Below are positions 28,390 to 40,471 of a stretch of DNA of 64,000 nucleotides, piece after piece. The position numbers and the translations under genes were made by a program. Numbering within the stretch: position 1 is the first letter of the stretch; the number at the start of each line of letters is the position of its first letter. The stretch lies in assembly GCF_009914755.1 (NCBI RefSeq), contig NC_060931.1, one strand, 5' to 3'. The notes beneath the pieces were generated by a model. The model did not search any database. It saw only the letters and a program-made list of their open reading frames with translations, and had not been told where the DNA came from. Origin of the DNA: the human T2T-CHM13v2.0 reference genome, Homo sapiens.

Positions 28390-29873
28390 ATGCTGTTGAC
28401 CACGCCTTCCTTCCTGAAGTTCGCTTGTTCATTGGCTGCTGTCACCCATGATCTTCTGGGTCTTCTCCCACTTTTACCCCACGCTTTCTCACTCTCCTGA
28501 GGCTCTTCCTCCTCTCCCTGACCCTCGAATGTTGCTGTTCATATGTTCACGTCTAATCACTAATTTGATGGTGTTAGGAGGTCATAAGGGCTCTGCCCTC
28601 CTGAATGGAATTAATGCCCTCCTGAAAGAAGCCTCAGAGAGCTCTCTTGTGCCCTCATCCCTTCTGCCATGTGATGATACAACAAGAAGGCACCATGTAT
28701 GGACCAGAAAGCAGGATCTTACCAGATGCTAAATCTGCTGGCACCACGATCTTGGGCTTCACAGCCTCCAGGACTGTGAGAAATGAACTTCTGCCTCTTC
28801 TAAACCACTCAGTCCATGGTATTTTACGATAGCAGCCTGAACACACTAAGATAAGGGCCCTCCTGAAGCTCCAGCTATTTCTCAGGAGAAGCCCTCCATG
28901 TCGAAGTCTCCAGCTCAGATCTCCATCCATGCTTCAGAGTTGCCCATGCCTGTTGATGCCCCCCAGGCTGGCCAGCTAAACTCAATACATTCATGTGAGC
29001 TCATGTCCCATCCCCAGACATGTTTCTCTCACCTCTTTACTGACTTAGTGGATGGTGTCCCCTTCATCTAGTCATTCAAGCCCCAAACCCAGACATCCCC
29101 CTTGTGCCCCACCTTTGACTTTCCTCATGCTCCATTATGGACTCACCAATTAATCTTTTTGTTCTTCCCCCCAGTCTCTCTAGAATCACCTTCTTCATCC
29201 ACACACACTGCCTCTGCCTTGGTTTTGTCTGTCATCATCTGCACTCTGGGCTGCTGCAATGGTCTCCTGGCCCAGTCTTAGCCTATTCCTGGTAACTTCC
29301 TCTAGCTGTGGTCAGCATGAGGTTCGTGAAACAAAAGCGGGCTTCCATCATGCCCTGCAGAGGGCTCTCAGAGAGTCTCGTACCTCAGGGCAATCCAGCC
29401 CCTTTATCGTGATACCCTTGTGATCAGGGGCCTGTTCATGGCTTTTCCCATTCACTGCTTGAATGTTTAGCCCCAGATGGTTCTCCAAAAGTGTCCTTCC
29501 TTTCATCTTGTCACGTCTTCACAGTCCTCTTACCTATGCTGGTAATACCCTTTCCAGTGCTTGTAGTTCTCAGTTCCCCTGGAGAAGTCAGCACAGACAT
29601 AGTTTCCTTGGGGTAGGCTTTCATCTTTCACATACAGGTGCACACACTCTCACACACATTCGCATATGCACTCACACACACATCTCCCTTGGGTCTGCCC
29701 AGTACCCTGTACTCAGATGCAGAGCCATTCTCCAATGTCCATAATTGTCTATTTATTGCCTGTGTGCACGTGAAAGCACAGCAATGTTTTGTTCATCTTT
29801 AATACTCATTGCCTAGCATGAGGTGTGACATAAAGGGCTCCAATAAATATTAATTAAAATAATAATGAATGAA
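28390..29873 (+). mobile_element. L2 (L2a-like) remnant with 3' end, interrupted by an MaLR LTR
   Basis: ctgttgaccac...aaactcaa...tcattcaagcc...tgcctagcatg...caataaatat...tgaatgaa terminus. Confidence 0.6.
28537..28853 (+). mobile_element. MLT1A0/MSTD-like MaLR LTR
   Basis: gccctcctgaatggaattaatgccct...cagcctccaggactgtgagaaatgaa...atagcagcctgaacacactaagata. Confidence 0.75.
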
Positions 29874-30962
29874 CAATAGATAGTGCAGAAGAACATCTTG
29901 GAAATATGCCCTATCTTGGGTCATGTTACCCCAGGAGCTTTCTATATAAGTTGAAAATTGATTGGAAACAGGAAGAAAACTTAGATAATTTAGTGTCCAT
30001 ACCTGCATGATTATCTGTGTCAGCTAATGCAATGGTCAGCCCTGATGTGCACTCCTGCAAGGAGCCAGTGGAATGAGGCGACGGGGAACTGAATGAGAGC
30101 CTTCAGTCCAGGTAATTCTGATCCCTTCGTTTCCCTCTTCAACCTCTAAGAAAGCTCTTATTTTCATTCAGTTGTTTGTATTTCATGCCCGGGGCCCAAA
30201 CTCATTTGTTCAGTTCTGTTATAATTTGATTATTGCAGAAGGAAAAAGCACACATATTCAGAGACAGACAAGAGTACATTGTTCCACTGAGGATCACATT
30301 TTGGCTTTAAAATATCCAATAACAAGAATGCCGGTGCAGTATTGCCTACAAAGAACAGCTGAGTTTGGAAGACTAAACATTAATACTCACTGTCAAAAGA
30401 TGACCAAGAGTAGCTCCCAAGTGAGTTGGGATGATGAAGGAGACCTGATGCATTGAGTCTTGTGCAAGTCAGTGAGTCCGTCAGCAGCCAGGACAGGGTT
30501 CCACATTCCATCTGCAGAGACCAATCTGGGCTGTGGTGCAAAGGGACTGCTTTAGCATTCTTTCTTTATGTTCACTCATACTCACATAAAATAAAACAAA
30601 ATATTATTTTTAAGAGGCTAAAACTAATTTTTAAGAGGGTTTATGTTTTAGTCACCTGCCTTAAATACTATTTCCCCTGAACTATTTTAAGGCTTACACA
30701 AATATGGATTAATAGGGGAGAAAACTGCCCCTGCAATATTCCCTACCAGCAAGTGATGGGGTGGGGAACCCCTGAATCCCCAGATGCATCACCCACTGAA
30801 TGGACTCCTCCAAGAAACAGCAGGCCCCAATCATGTAATGGGTAAATTATTTCAAATCTTTGAAGAACAGAGAACTCTTCCCCCTTTCAAACTGTTACAG
30901 AGAATAGAAAGAGATGGGAAGTAAGTATTCATTCATTTTTGGAAGCCTAATATTAATGCTAA

Positions 30963-31308
<346 letters not shown>

Positions 31309-31418
31309 AACAGAAATACTGTTAATTAATCTTGCTAGGTAATGAGGAGACAGAGCCCTGAATGGAATACCCAGTACTGCGTTAAAAAACAACACAATAT
31401 ATTAGTCTGCCCAGGCTG

Positions 31419-32275
<857 letters not shown>

Positions 32276-33141
32276 GGCGGCCAGAACAAAATACCACAGA
32301 TGGAATGGCTTACACAACAGAGATTTATTTTCCTACAGTTCTGGAGGCAGAAAGTCCAAGATCAAGGTGCCGGCAAGGTTGGTATCTCCTGAGGCCTCTC
32401 TGTTTTGCAAACAGTCACCTTCTCACAGTGTTTTCATATAGTCATTCCTCTGTGCATGTGCAGCCTGGAGTTCTTTTCCTCTCCTTATAAGGACATCAGT
32501 CCTATTGGGTCAGGCCCTCACCCTTACGACCTCATTTAACCTTAATCATCTAAAAGGCCCTATCTCCAATACAGTCACATTGTAGGTTTTAACTTCAATC
32601 TGTGAATTTTTGGGGGAACACACACCATGTTAAAGTGAGATTTATTCTAAGAAGAGAAATGTTATTCAATATTAAGAAATATATTACTATCATTATTCAT
32701 ATTAATAAGTTAAACCTACTCATACATTTTATTTTACCGAGTATACATACAATGGTGTAGCATACAATGGAATTATATTTTGTTTTTTTCTTCATGATTT
32801 TATGTATATATGAAATGTATACATTTTATATACCATACATAATATATTTTTATATACATCTATTCTTGGTGTCTTTACTTTTACTGATTTCTTACAACGT
32901 CAGACACACAGACACATGCACACTGACATATGTGCATGTCAGTGTGCATATGTGCATACATGGTAGATACATACACACACACCCCCCTTTGCTCAGGAAA
33001 TCAAACTCAATTTTTCTGAGATTCATCTACTTTGCTTGAAGTACTAATGACTAATACAAGGAACTTAAAAATAGGCAGAGAGTGCCTCTAGAAAAACCCT
33101 CTTGTAATTAAGGGCAGCAAGCTAAGATATAAAGGAAACAC

Positions 33142-33145
<4 letters not shown>

Positions 33146-33201
<56 letters not shown>

Positions 33202-33726
33202 CACATATATACACACACACGTATGTATGTATATATACATACACACACATACATACGTATGTATGTATATATACATACACACACATACATACGTATGTAT
33301 GTATATATACACACACATACATACGTATGTATGTATATATACACACACACATACGTATGTATGTATATATACACACACACACATACATACGTATGTATGT
33401 ATATATACACACACACATACATACGTATGTATGTATATATACACACACACACATACATACGTATGTATGTATATATACATACACACATACATACGTATGT
33501 ATGTATATATACATACACACACATACATACGTATGTATGTATATATACATACACACACATATATACGTATATACATACATATATACGTATATACATACGT
33601 ATATACGTATATACATACGTATATACGTATATACATACACATACATATATACATACACATACATACATGTACACATATGTATAGATTGATAAATACGGAT
33701 ATCTATCCCTCTATATATCTATATCT
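33146..33726. repeat. Compound (CT)n(AT)n microsatellite plus ~30-34-bp ACAC/ATACGTAT minisatellite
   Basis: Repeating acacacatacatacgtatgtatgtatatat. Source of the six long low-complexity ORFs. Confidence 0.95.
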
Positions 33727-36503
33727 ATAATTCAAAGTGATCATTACAATGTTGACTGTCTCTCTCTCAGTTCTGTTATAATTTGATTATTGAAGAAGGA
33801 AAAAGCACACACATCTAGAGATAGACAAGAGTACATTGTTCCCCTGAGGAGCATATTTTGGCTTTAAAATCTCCAATAACAATAACAGTCATGAAATATT
33901 GTGCTGCCTGAGAGTCATCATTGTAATGATCACTTTGAATTATTTTTTGTTCTACATTTACAAGAGTAAGATTACTATTTCAAATTATTTGAATATTTTG
34001 TGGGCTTTTATATAATAAATAGTCTGTCCCAAAATTATATTGGTATATACTACTAATAGTCATACATAAGCGTGCCAATTTCATTGCAATTCCACCAAAT
34101 TTTGGTAGTATAATTTTTATTTGTGCAACATAACAGGTATGAAACTACATTTTATAGTTAAAATATAGGTAACTATGTCCTATATTTTAATTTTCACCAT
34201 CTGAATTACTAGACTTTCTATCATTTTCCTTGTATTAATTCACAATTTGTCTAGGATAACCCAGGGTCCCCTTCCTTTTATTCTACCAACTTTTGTCCCT
34301 CAATACAGGATACCTGGAGCAAGATTTTACTTCTGTTTGGTTTCTGCTGGAAAACCTAGTTTGGAACTGAAGAACTTCAGTCTTAAAACATCAGCTGTTT
34401 GCCTGACCTGTTAAGGAGACTATTCTCACCTTTAACTTATCTTGGAAATCTCCCGCCTTTGTTGGGTTCTTTTATTGAGTTCATCTATCTAACCTATTCC
34501 TAACTCCCCCTCCCTTGGCTCCCAGGCCACAGAATCTCAGAGTTGGAAGCAGCCATAAGAGCCACATTCTCCAGACTCTCAGCCCAAGCAGCCATCCCCA
34601 TTGTGTGCCCATGGACTTAGTCAACCAGCATTGGTGCAAATGACCAAGATCTCAAAGTTAAGATTAGTCAAAAATGGTTTCTAGCCATTCTCTATGCATG
34701 GAACTCCAGTCTGCTTGTGTCTCTAGGCACCCTCTTCCTTGTGGACTTAGGATCTCCCATTTTAATGAGACTTCTTATATAAATAACATTTCTAAAGTAT
34801 CAGTGAAGCTTTCAACCACTAGGTTATCATAGATATGTCCTATCTTCCCTCAAAGTGGCTGTCTCTAGTCCATTGTAATAATTTGTAATAAATAAATGTA
34901 ATGGGATCATCTATTGGATAGAAGAAATTTCTATTGTGGAGATGAATTATTAATGCAGAAATCCACAAGCTTCTAAAACCTAGCACTGGCTTGGGCAAAG
35001 GTATTGTCTCTATGTGAACACCTTTAAAAATAGAAAAGAAATCAGTCAGTGCCTCTCAAATTGATTAATGTATACTAATACCCATTCCTCCAGAATTTAT
35101 GATAGTGACTCTGTTATATGGGAAAAGTATTACTATCCCATAAGATACTGAAATGAACACCTACATTTATATCAAACACACTTGAAATAAACTGCTCAGT
35201 AGCACATCAGGGCTGCACAGGTCAATGCTGCCTGCGGTGAGGTTAGACCAGCTTCCCTCCCAATGGTGGAACACATCACAGATGTCAAGGGAGAGGCAGG
35301 AACTCAGGGGAAGAAGACCTGATCCAGACAGCTCCCATGTGCTACAGACTTTTTCATCCCATCCCGCACAACTCATGTCCTTGTCTCATCTTTATGACCT
35401 ATGATGACACCTGGGCCATATCCCACAAACACAAAACACTCCTGACTCAGAAGCTGACGGCCAGTGTTTACTCAAGTGGCAAGAAAGGCTTTGTGTTGAA
35501 AAATCGCAGAAGGAAGCCATCTCCTTGGAGGCTCATGCGTCGCCTTAACAAGAAGAGTGTTGTTCATATACATTTTCTTGATCAGCCCAGGATCCTCTAA
35601 TGTTTTTTGAATGTCTAACATGTACCAGTTCAAAGGAAAAACTTCTAGCTTCAGAGAGAAAGATCAGAAAGAATTCAGAAGTTTTCTCTGAAAACAGGAT
35701 TCTCAGTGTCCTCACCTTTTCAATGTCATACAACTTCAGACACACAGACACATGCACATATGCACACACAGATACACACACACACACACACACATCTTTG
35801 CTCAGAAAAATCGAACTCAGTTTATTTGAGATCCATCTACTTTGCTTGAACTACTAATGACTAATGCAAGGAACTCAGAATAGGCAGACAGTACCTCTAG
35901 CAAAGCCCTCTTGTAATGAAAGGGCAGCATTCTAAGACATACATGAAACAACACAGTCTAACTATCTAGTCATTCTCTGTATGAAGAACACTGACCACAT
36001 GTTAAAACTGTTCCTATCCATTCCTGTTCTTCTTGGTTATTCAAATAACTTTGGCTTTAAGACTTTTTTTAAGTGACTTAACAACTTATTAGCTTATTTT
36101 CCTGAGGCTAACATGCTGAGCTTGCAAATACAATTTTAAAAGGAGCAATAATTGAATGATTGAATAGAATATTCCCTTCTGTTTTATATGGATTGCAAAG
36201 TTTTTGGTATTGAATAGTAGATTCAATAGTAAAAATTAAAAATTCAATATTCAAAAATTATATTTGAATATTCAAAACTATCAAATAGTTTTTAATAGTT
36301 TTGAATATTCAAATATAATTTTCTTCTGTGAATTAACTATATAAAGTGTTTTCTCTTTTCCAAAATAATGACCTGGTATTCCATATTTGCTTCCCTTCTG
36401 TGATGATTTCTGCAGAAGATGACAGATAATGGCCAAATTCTTACCAATGCTGGGGAGGAAGATATGACCCATGGACTGGTCTACCATTAGCTGTCATTGT
36501 GGG

Positions 36504-36635
36504 TTTTTAAAAAATTAACTAGAGATGAGGTCTTGCTATGTTGCCGAAGCTAGTCTAGAACTCCTGGCTGAAGCAATCTTCCCGCCTTGGTCTTCCAAAG
36601 CACTGAGATTACAGGCAGGAGGCACTTCCCCAGCC
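36504..36635 (-). mobile_element. FLAM (free left Alu monomer)
   Basis: agagatgaggtcttgctatgttgcc...caaagcactgagattacaggc...ccagcc, single arm only. Confidence 0.8.
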
Positions 36636-37204
36636 ATCATCACTGTGGTTTTATTTTGCACTTTTATAAAGGTCCATCTTTGAGTTCTTTGCTTTACAGA
36701 ACCTCTAGTCAGTGGGTTTTTTCCCCTCTTTAAAATAATACAGCTCTCTATTGTATCAACTGAAAGTTTCTTCAGCTCTAAAACTATGATTCTGTCACTA
36801 AAATGTATTTTTCTGTCCACATACTGACTTACTCAATCTCAAGTTACAAAATGTTTAATTTAACAGTTGTCAACAGGTGTATCAGCTCAGCCCTGTGACT
36901 GGTTCTGTAAAAGATTGTGCCCAAGTTAAACTTGGGACTCAGCTCCTGTTAGTGAATTCGAGAACCTGGCAAACTCTTTCTCACTGAAGAACTGTGCAGT
37001 ATTGAGCACTGTTTTAATCCGTGTAAATCTTCCTTCCTCGGGGCTTTTGGCATAATTGAACACCTGCAAAAGGATTGTCAGTCAAGTCATGGGATGTGTA
37101 GGATGTACCATGTTTTTATTTACATGTTCCTATTTCCACTTGTGTGATCCTGAGCATAGAGAAATTCTAATCCGGCAGACTCTGGAGGAGGGAAGGAGGG
37201 CAGG

Positions 37205-37400
37205 AATGTTTACTGTGGAGCTGCTGTGAAGGCAGCATTGCACGTCTGTTGTTTCCACTAATTTCATCCTCATCACAGTGCTGTGAGCCAGCTTCTCCTT
37301 GTTTGTGTAGGAGGAAGTTGAGGTTCACAGAAGTCAAATAATGGGCCCAAGGTCACCCAGCTAGTAAGTAGCACAGCCAGAATGCAAACATAGGCCCACA
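37205..37400 (-). mobile_element. MIR
   Basis: gaggaagttgaggttcacagaagtcaaataatgggcccaaggtcacccagctagtaagt, the MIR core. Confidence 0.8.
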
Positions 37401-37831
37401 TCCCTGGCGCACGCCTTCCACCTCCACCAGAGCCAGGAGCCGTGAGTGAGGCCAGGTGCAGAGATTGGCACCTGCTCTCAGCGTCTGATACGAAGGAGAA
37501 GTTGACAGATCATATCCCTCCCTAGCGCCTCCTTCAGTGATGGGTCTCCAATCCCCAGTTACCTCTATGTTAACACAATTCCAAAAATGTGACAATTCCA
37601 AGAAGGAAGTTCCAGTTCATCTTTAGAATGACTTCCTCATCTGTAAAGTGATAATCATACAGCAATATGATGATGCAAATCATGATAACCTGGCTGGTGT
37701 CTCTCTGAAGCTCTTGGGGGTGCCGGGCATTGTCCTGGCCAGGTTACCTCCAAGCCTTATAACAATAAAGACAAGGAAACAAAGACTCAGAGGTGTACAA
37801 GACCCCACGGCGAGTAAATGACAAAGCCGGG

Positions 37832-38290
37832 TGTATGAGTTACCTACTGCTGTGCAAGCCACCCCAACCTGTGAGGGAGAGAACAGCGGACGTGTTAGCT
37901 CTCAGCATTCGCCACCCAAGAATCTGGAGTAGCTTGGCGGGTGGTCCTGGCTCAGGGTCTCTCATGAGGCTCCTGACTCCTGGTTCAGGGTCAGCTCATT
38001 CAAATGGCTGAGGCTGAGGGCAAGTCTCAAATAATCGGCTTCTAACTTCCCTCTCCAAGGGGATGCCTCACTGCCTGGCCGCTGTCTTCCCTACCATACC
38101 TGGCAAGGAAGGATGGGCACAGGAGAGTGGCCTAGAGGCCAGCCCTGCCCAATACTGGATCTGGCATCCACCATCTATGCCTTATTTTCTTCATTAGAAG
38201 CTAGTAAGCAAGTCTGAGTCACACTCCAGGGAGGTGGTGTTACACCAGGTGTGCGTTCCAGGGTACAGGGGTGATTGGAGCTCCCAAGGC
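37832..38290 (-). mobile_element. MLT1 (F/G-like) LTR, degraded
   Basis: tgtatgagttacctactgctgtg...ctggctcagggtctctcatgagg. Confidence 0.55.
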
Positions 38291-39097
38291 TCCCGTCATA
38301 CCCGGCAACTGTAATTCTCTGATAAAAGGTTCCAGTCATTCCCAAAAAGCACCCTCCCCGCAGATGAGACGGAAAGTTTCATGTCTCAAATCTCTTGCAA
38401 AGTTATTGACTTACTTTTTTTCTTTAAAGATACTGACTTTTTCATCAAGAAACTGAATTTTAGATAAGTGAGGATATAAGTGCAGAGCCCTCTGGGGCTA
38501 AACGTTGCCTGAAAAGTTTTGAAAAATAGATGAGCCCCAGGAATGTAGAACACCTTTGGTCTCACTCTAACATAGCCCTAGAAAAACTGCAAACTGGTTC
38601 TGTCATGTCGGAATTGCTAGACAGTCAATGGTTTGCACCCTTCCATTTGAAAAAAGTGGCCAATGTAGATGCTTTGCGGCAGCATCAGTTCTGACCAAAC
38701 CGTCATCTGAGCAAATGTGCATTTTCTTCAGGCTCAGCCTTCCCGCTGGTGTCCACCAAAGGAAAATCCACCCTGGCCAGTGAGTCCTTGTGTCAGGAGC
38801 TCTGGGGCCTGTGTTTCCCTTTGCCTAAAAGTAGGGGCTGGCAGCACGGAAGGCCTCCTCATGAGCTTTCTAGAGTGTTTTCTGAGCGCAGAGGAAATAA
38901 GCGAGGCAAAGGTTTGGCTAAGGGTTTGCACCTGTCCTCTTCTAATCTCTCACCCACTTTCATCATTGTGTATGTAGTCACCATCGTCTTCCAAAGTTGC
39001 TATAATGGGGGGTCCTGTTTCATTCTTTTTATTTTGATAACTACGTTATCTAACAATTCTTTATACTTGTCTCAAAATACTCATTTTTTGGTGGGGG

Positions 39098-39904
39098 TGA
39101 TACAGGAGGGGGGGCAGGGAAGTGCTGGGTTGTGAAAGGCAGGGGTCCTGGTGAGGGCTCCACCTTCAGGCCTATGCCCACGGACCTAGGTGAAGACAGG
39201 CACTCCTGTTTTCACACCCAAATGTTGCATTTCCCAAGACTACCCTGGCCTGCCACACCCCCCCCCCCCCCATCCTGTGCCTATAAAAACCCTGAGACCC
39301 TCGCGGGCACACACACAGTGGCTGGAGTCGAGGGGGAATCACCGGCAGAAGAACACACACACACACACACACGCCGACGGGCCATCGATGGTGGAACAAC
39401 ACGGACACTGAGGGAACTTTGGCTGGGGGCAGTCGGAGGAGAGCCTGGCCTCTGAGTGGCCTGATTCCAGGGAAAGACCACCTTCCCACTCCATCCCCCT
39501 TCTGGCTCCCCAAGCATCTGCTGAGAGCTATCTCCACCATTCGGTAAAACCTTACACTCATTCTCCAAGCCCACGTGTGGTCCAATTTTTCCAGTACACT
39601 AAGGAAAGAACCAGGGATACAGAAAGCCTCTGTCCTTGCGATAAGCCAGAGGGTCTAACTGAGCTGATTAACACAAGACACTTGCAGATGGCTAAGCTGA
39701 AAGTCAGACTGTGACACGCCCACTGGGGCTTAGGGAGCTGTAAACACTCAACCCTAGATGCTGCCCTGAGGTCGGAGCCCAGGCTCCCCACGACCTGCCC
39801 GTCTGCATGCTTCCCCTAGGGGTTTGAGCTGCGGGCACCGAAGACGGGAGCCATACACCTGTCACACGCCCTGCGAGGGGAATATGGGAACTTATCCAGT
39901 TTCA
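39098..39904 (+). mobile_element. ERV1 solo LTR of the LTR1/LTR27/MER52 group
   Basis: tgatacaggaggg...gcagggaagtgctggg...cctataaaaaccctgagaccc...ccagtttca. 807 bp, TG..CA termini, TSD gggg/ggag. Confidence 0.8.
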
Positions 39905-40307
39905 GGAGGAGGGAATGACTAGCTACCAAACAACCAAAGCCAATTTTCCTGTGAAAGGGACGCTGGGGCATCTGATTACTTTTGTTGCTATAAAGGCCTT
40001 GGAGGCTGGGCACAGTGTGGTGTGCTTATAGCCTGCACAACATGGCAGGATCCTGTCTCTCTAAAAACAAGAGGGGGTGCTTTGGTGAGGATGGAAAATT
40101 CTGAATAGCTCTGCCTTGATGTCTTCTGCTGTCATTACAGCAAAAGTGGTCTGGGGTGTCACTCAAACAGAAAACTGTCTTGTTTGGGACTTGAGAAGAT
40201 TTTTGGTGCCTTCACCACCAGAAAATGAGGAAGAAGGAGCAAATAAGGGAGGAACGCCAGGCACTGAGGGCCGAGGGCCTTCACGGCCTGCACTGTTCTG
40301 CCGAGCA

Positions 40308-40471
40308 GGGCTGTGCGCAGCTGAGTTGAGTCACGCTGCCTGCGTCCTGGGCTGTGCACAGCTGAGTTGAATCACGCTGCCCGCGTCCTGGGCTGTTTAC
40401 AGCTGAGTTGAGTCATGCTGCCTGCGTCCTGGGCTGTTTACAGCTGAGTTGAGTCACGCTGCCTGCATCCT
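40308..40471. repeat. 41-bp minisatellite, 4 copies
   Basis: gggctgt(gcg/gca/tta)cagctgagttgagtcacgctgcctgcgtcct at 40308, 40349, 40390 and 40431. Confidence 0.95.

Noticed and set aside
33088-33730. Long 120-190 aa ORFs in several frames
   Set aside because: Stop-free microsatellite translations (YIHT/VCVY repeats). The same applies at 4321-4910 and 15864-16276.
33727-33943. MITE or Pack-type transposon with 25-bp TIRs
   Set aside because: There is no TSD and no known TIR signature. The interior is a copy of nearby 30210-30328, so local template switching explains it better.
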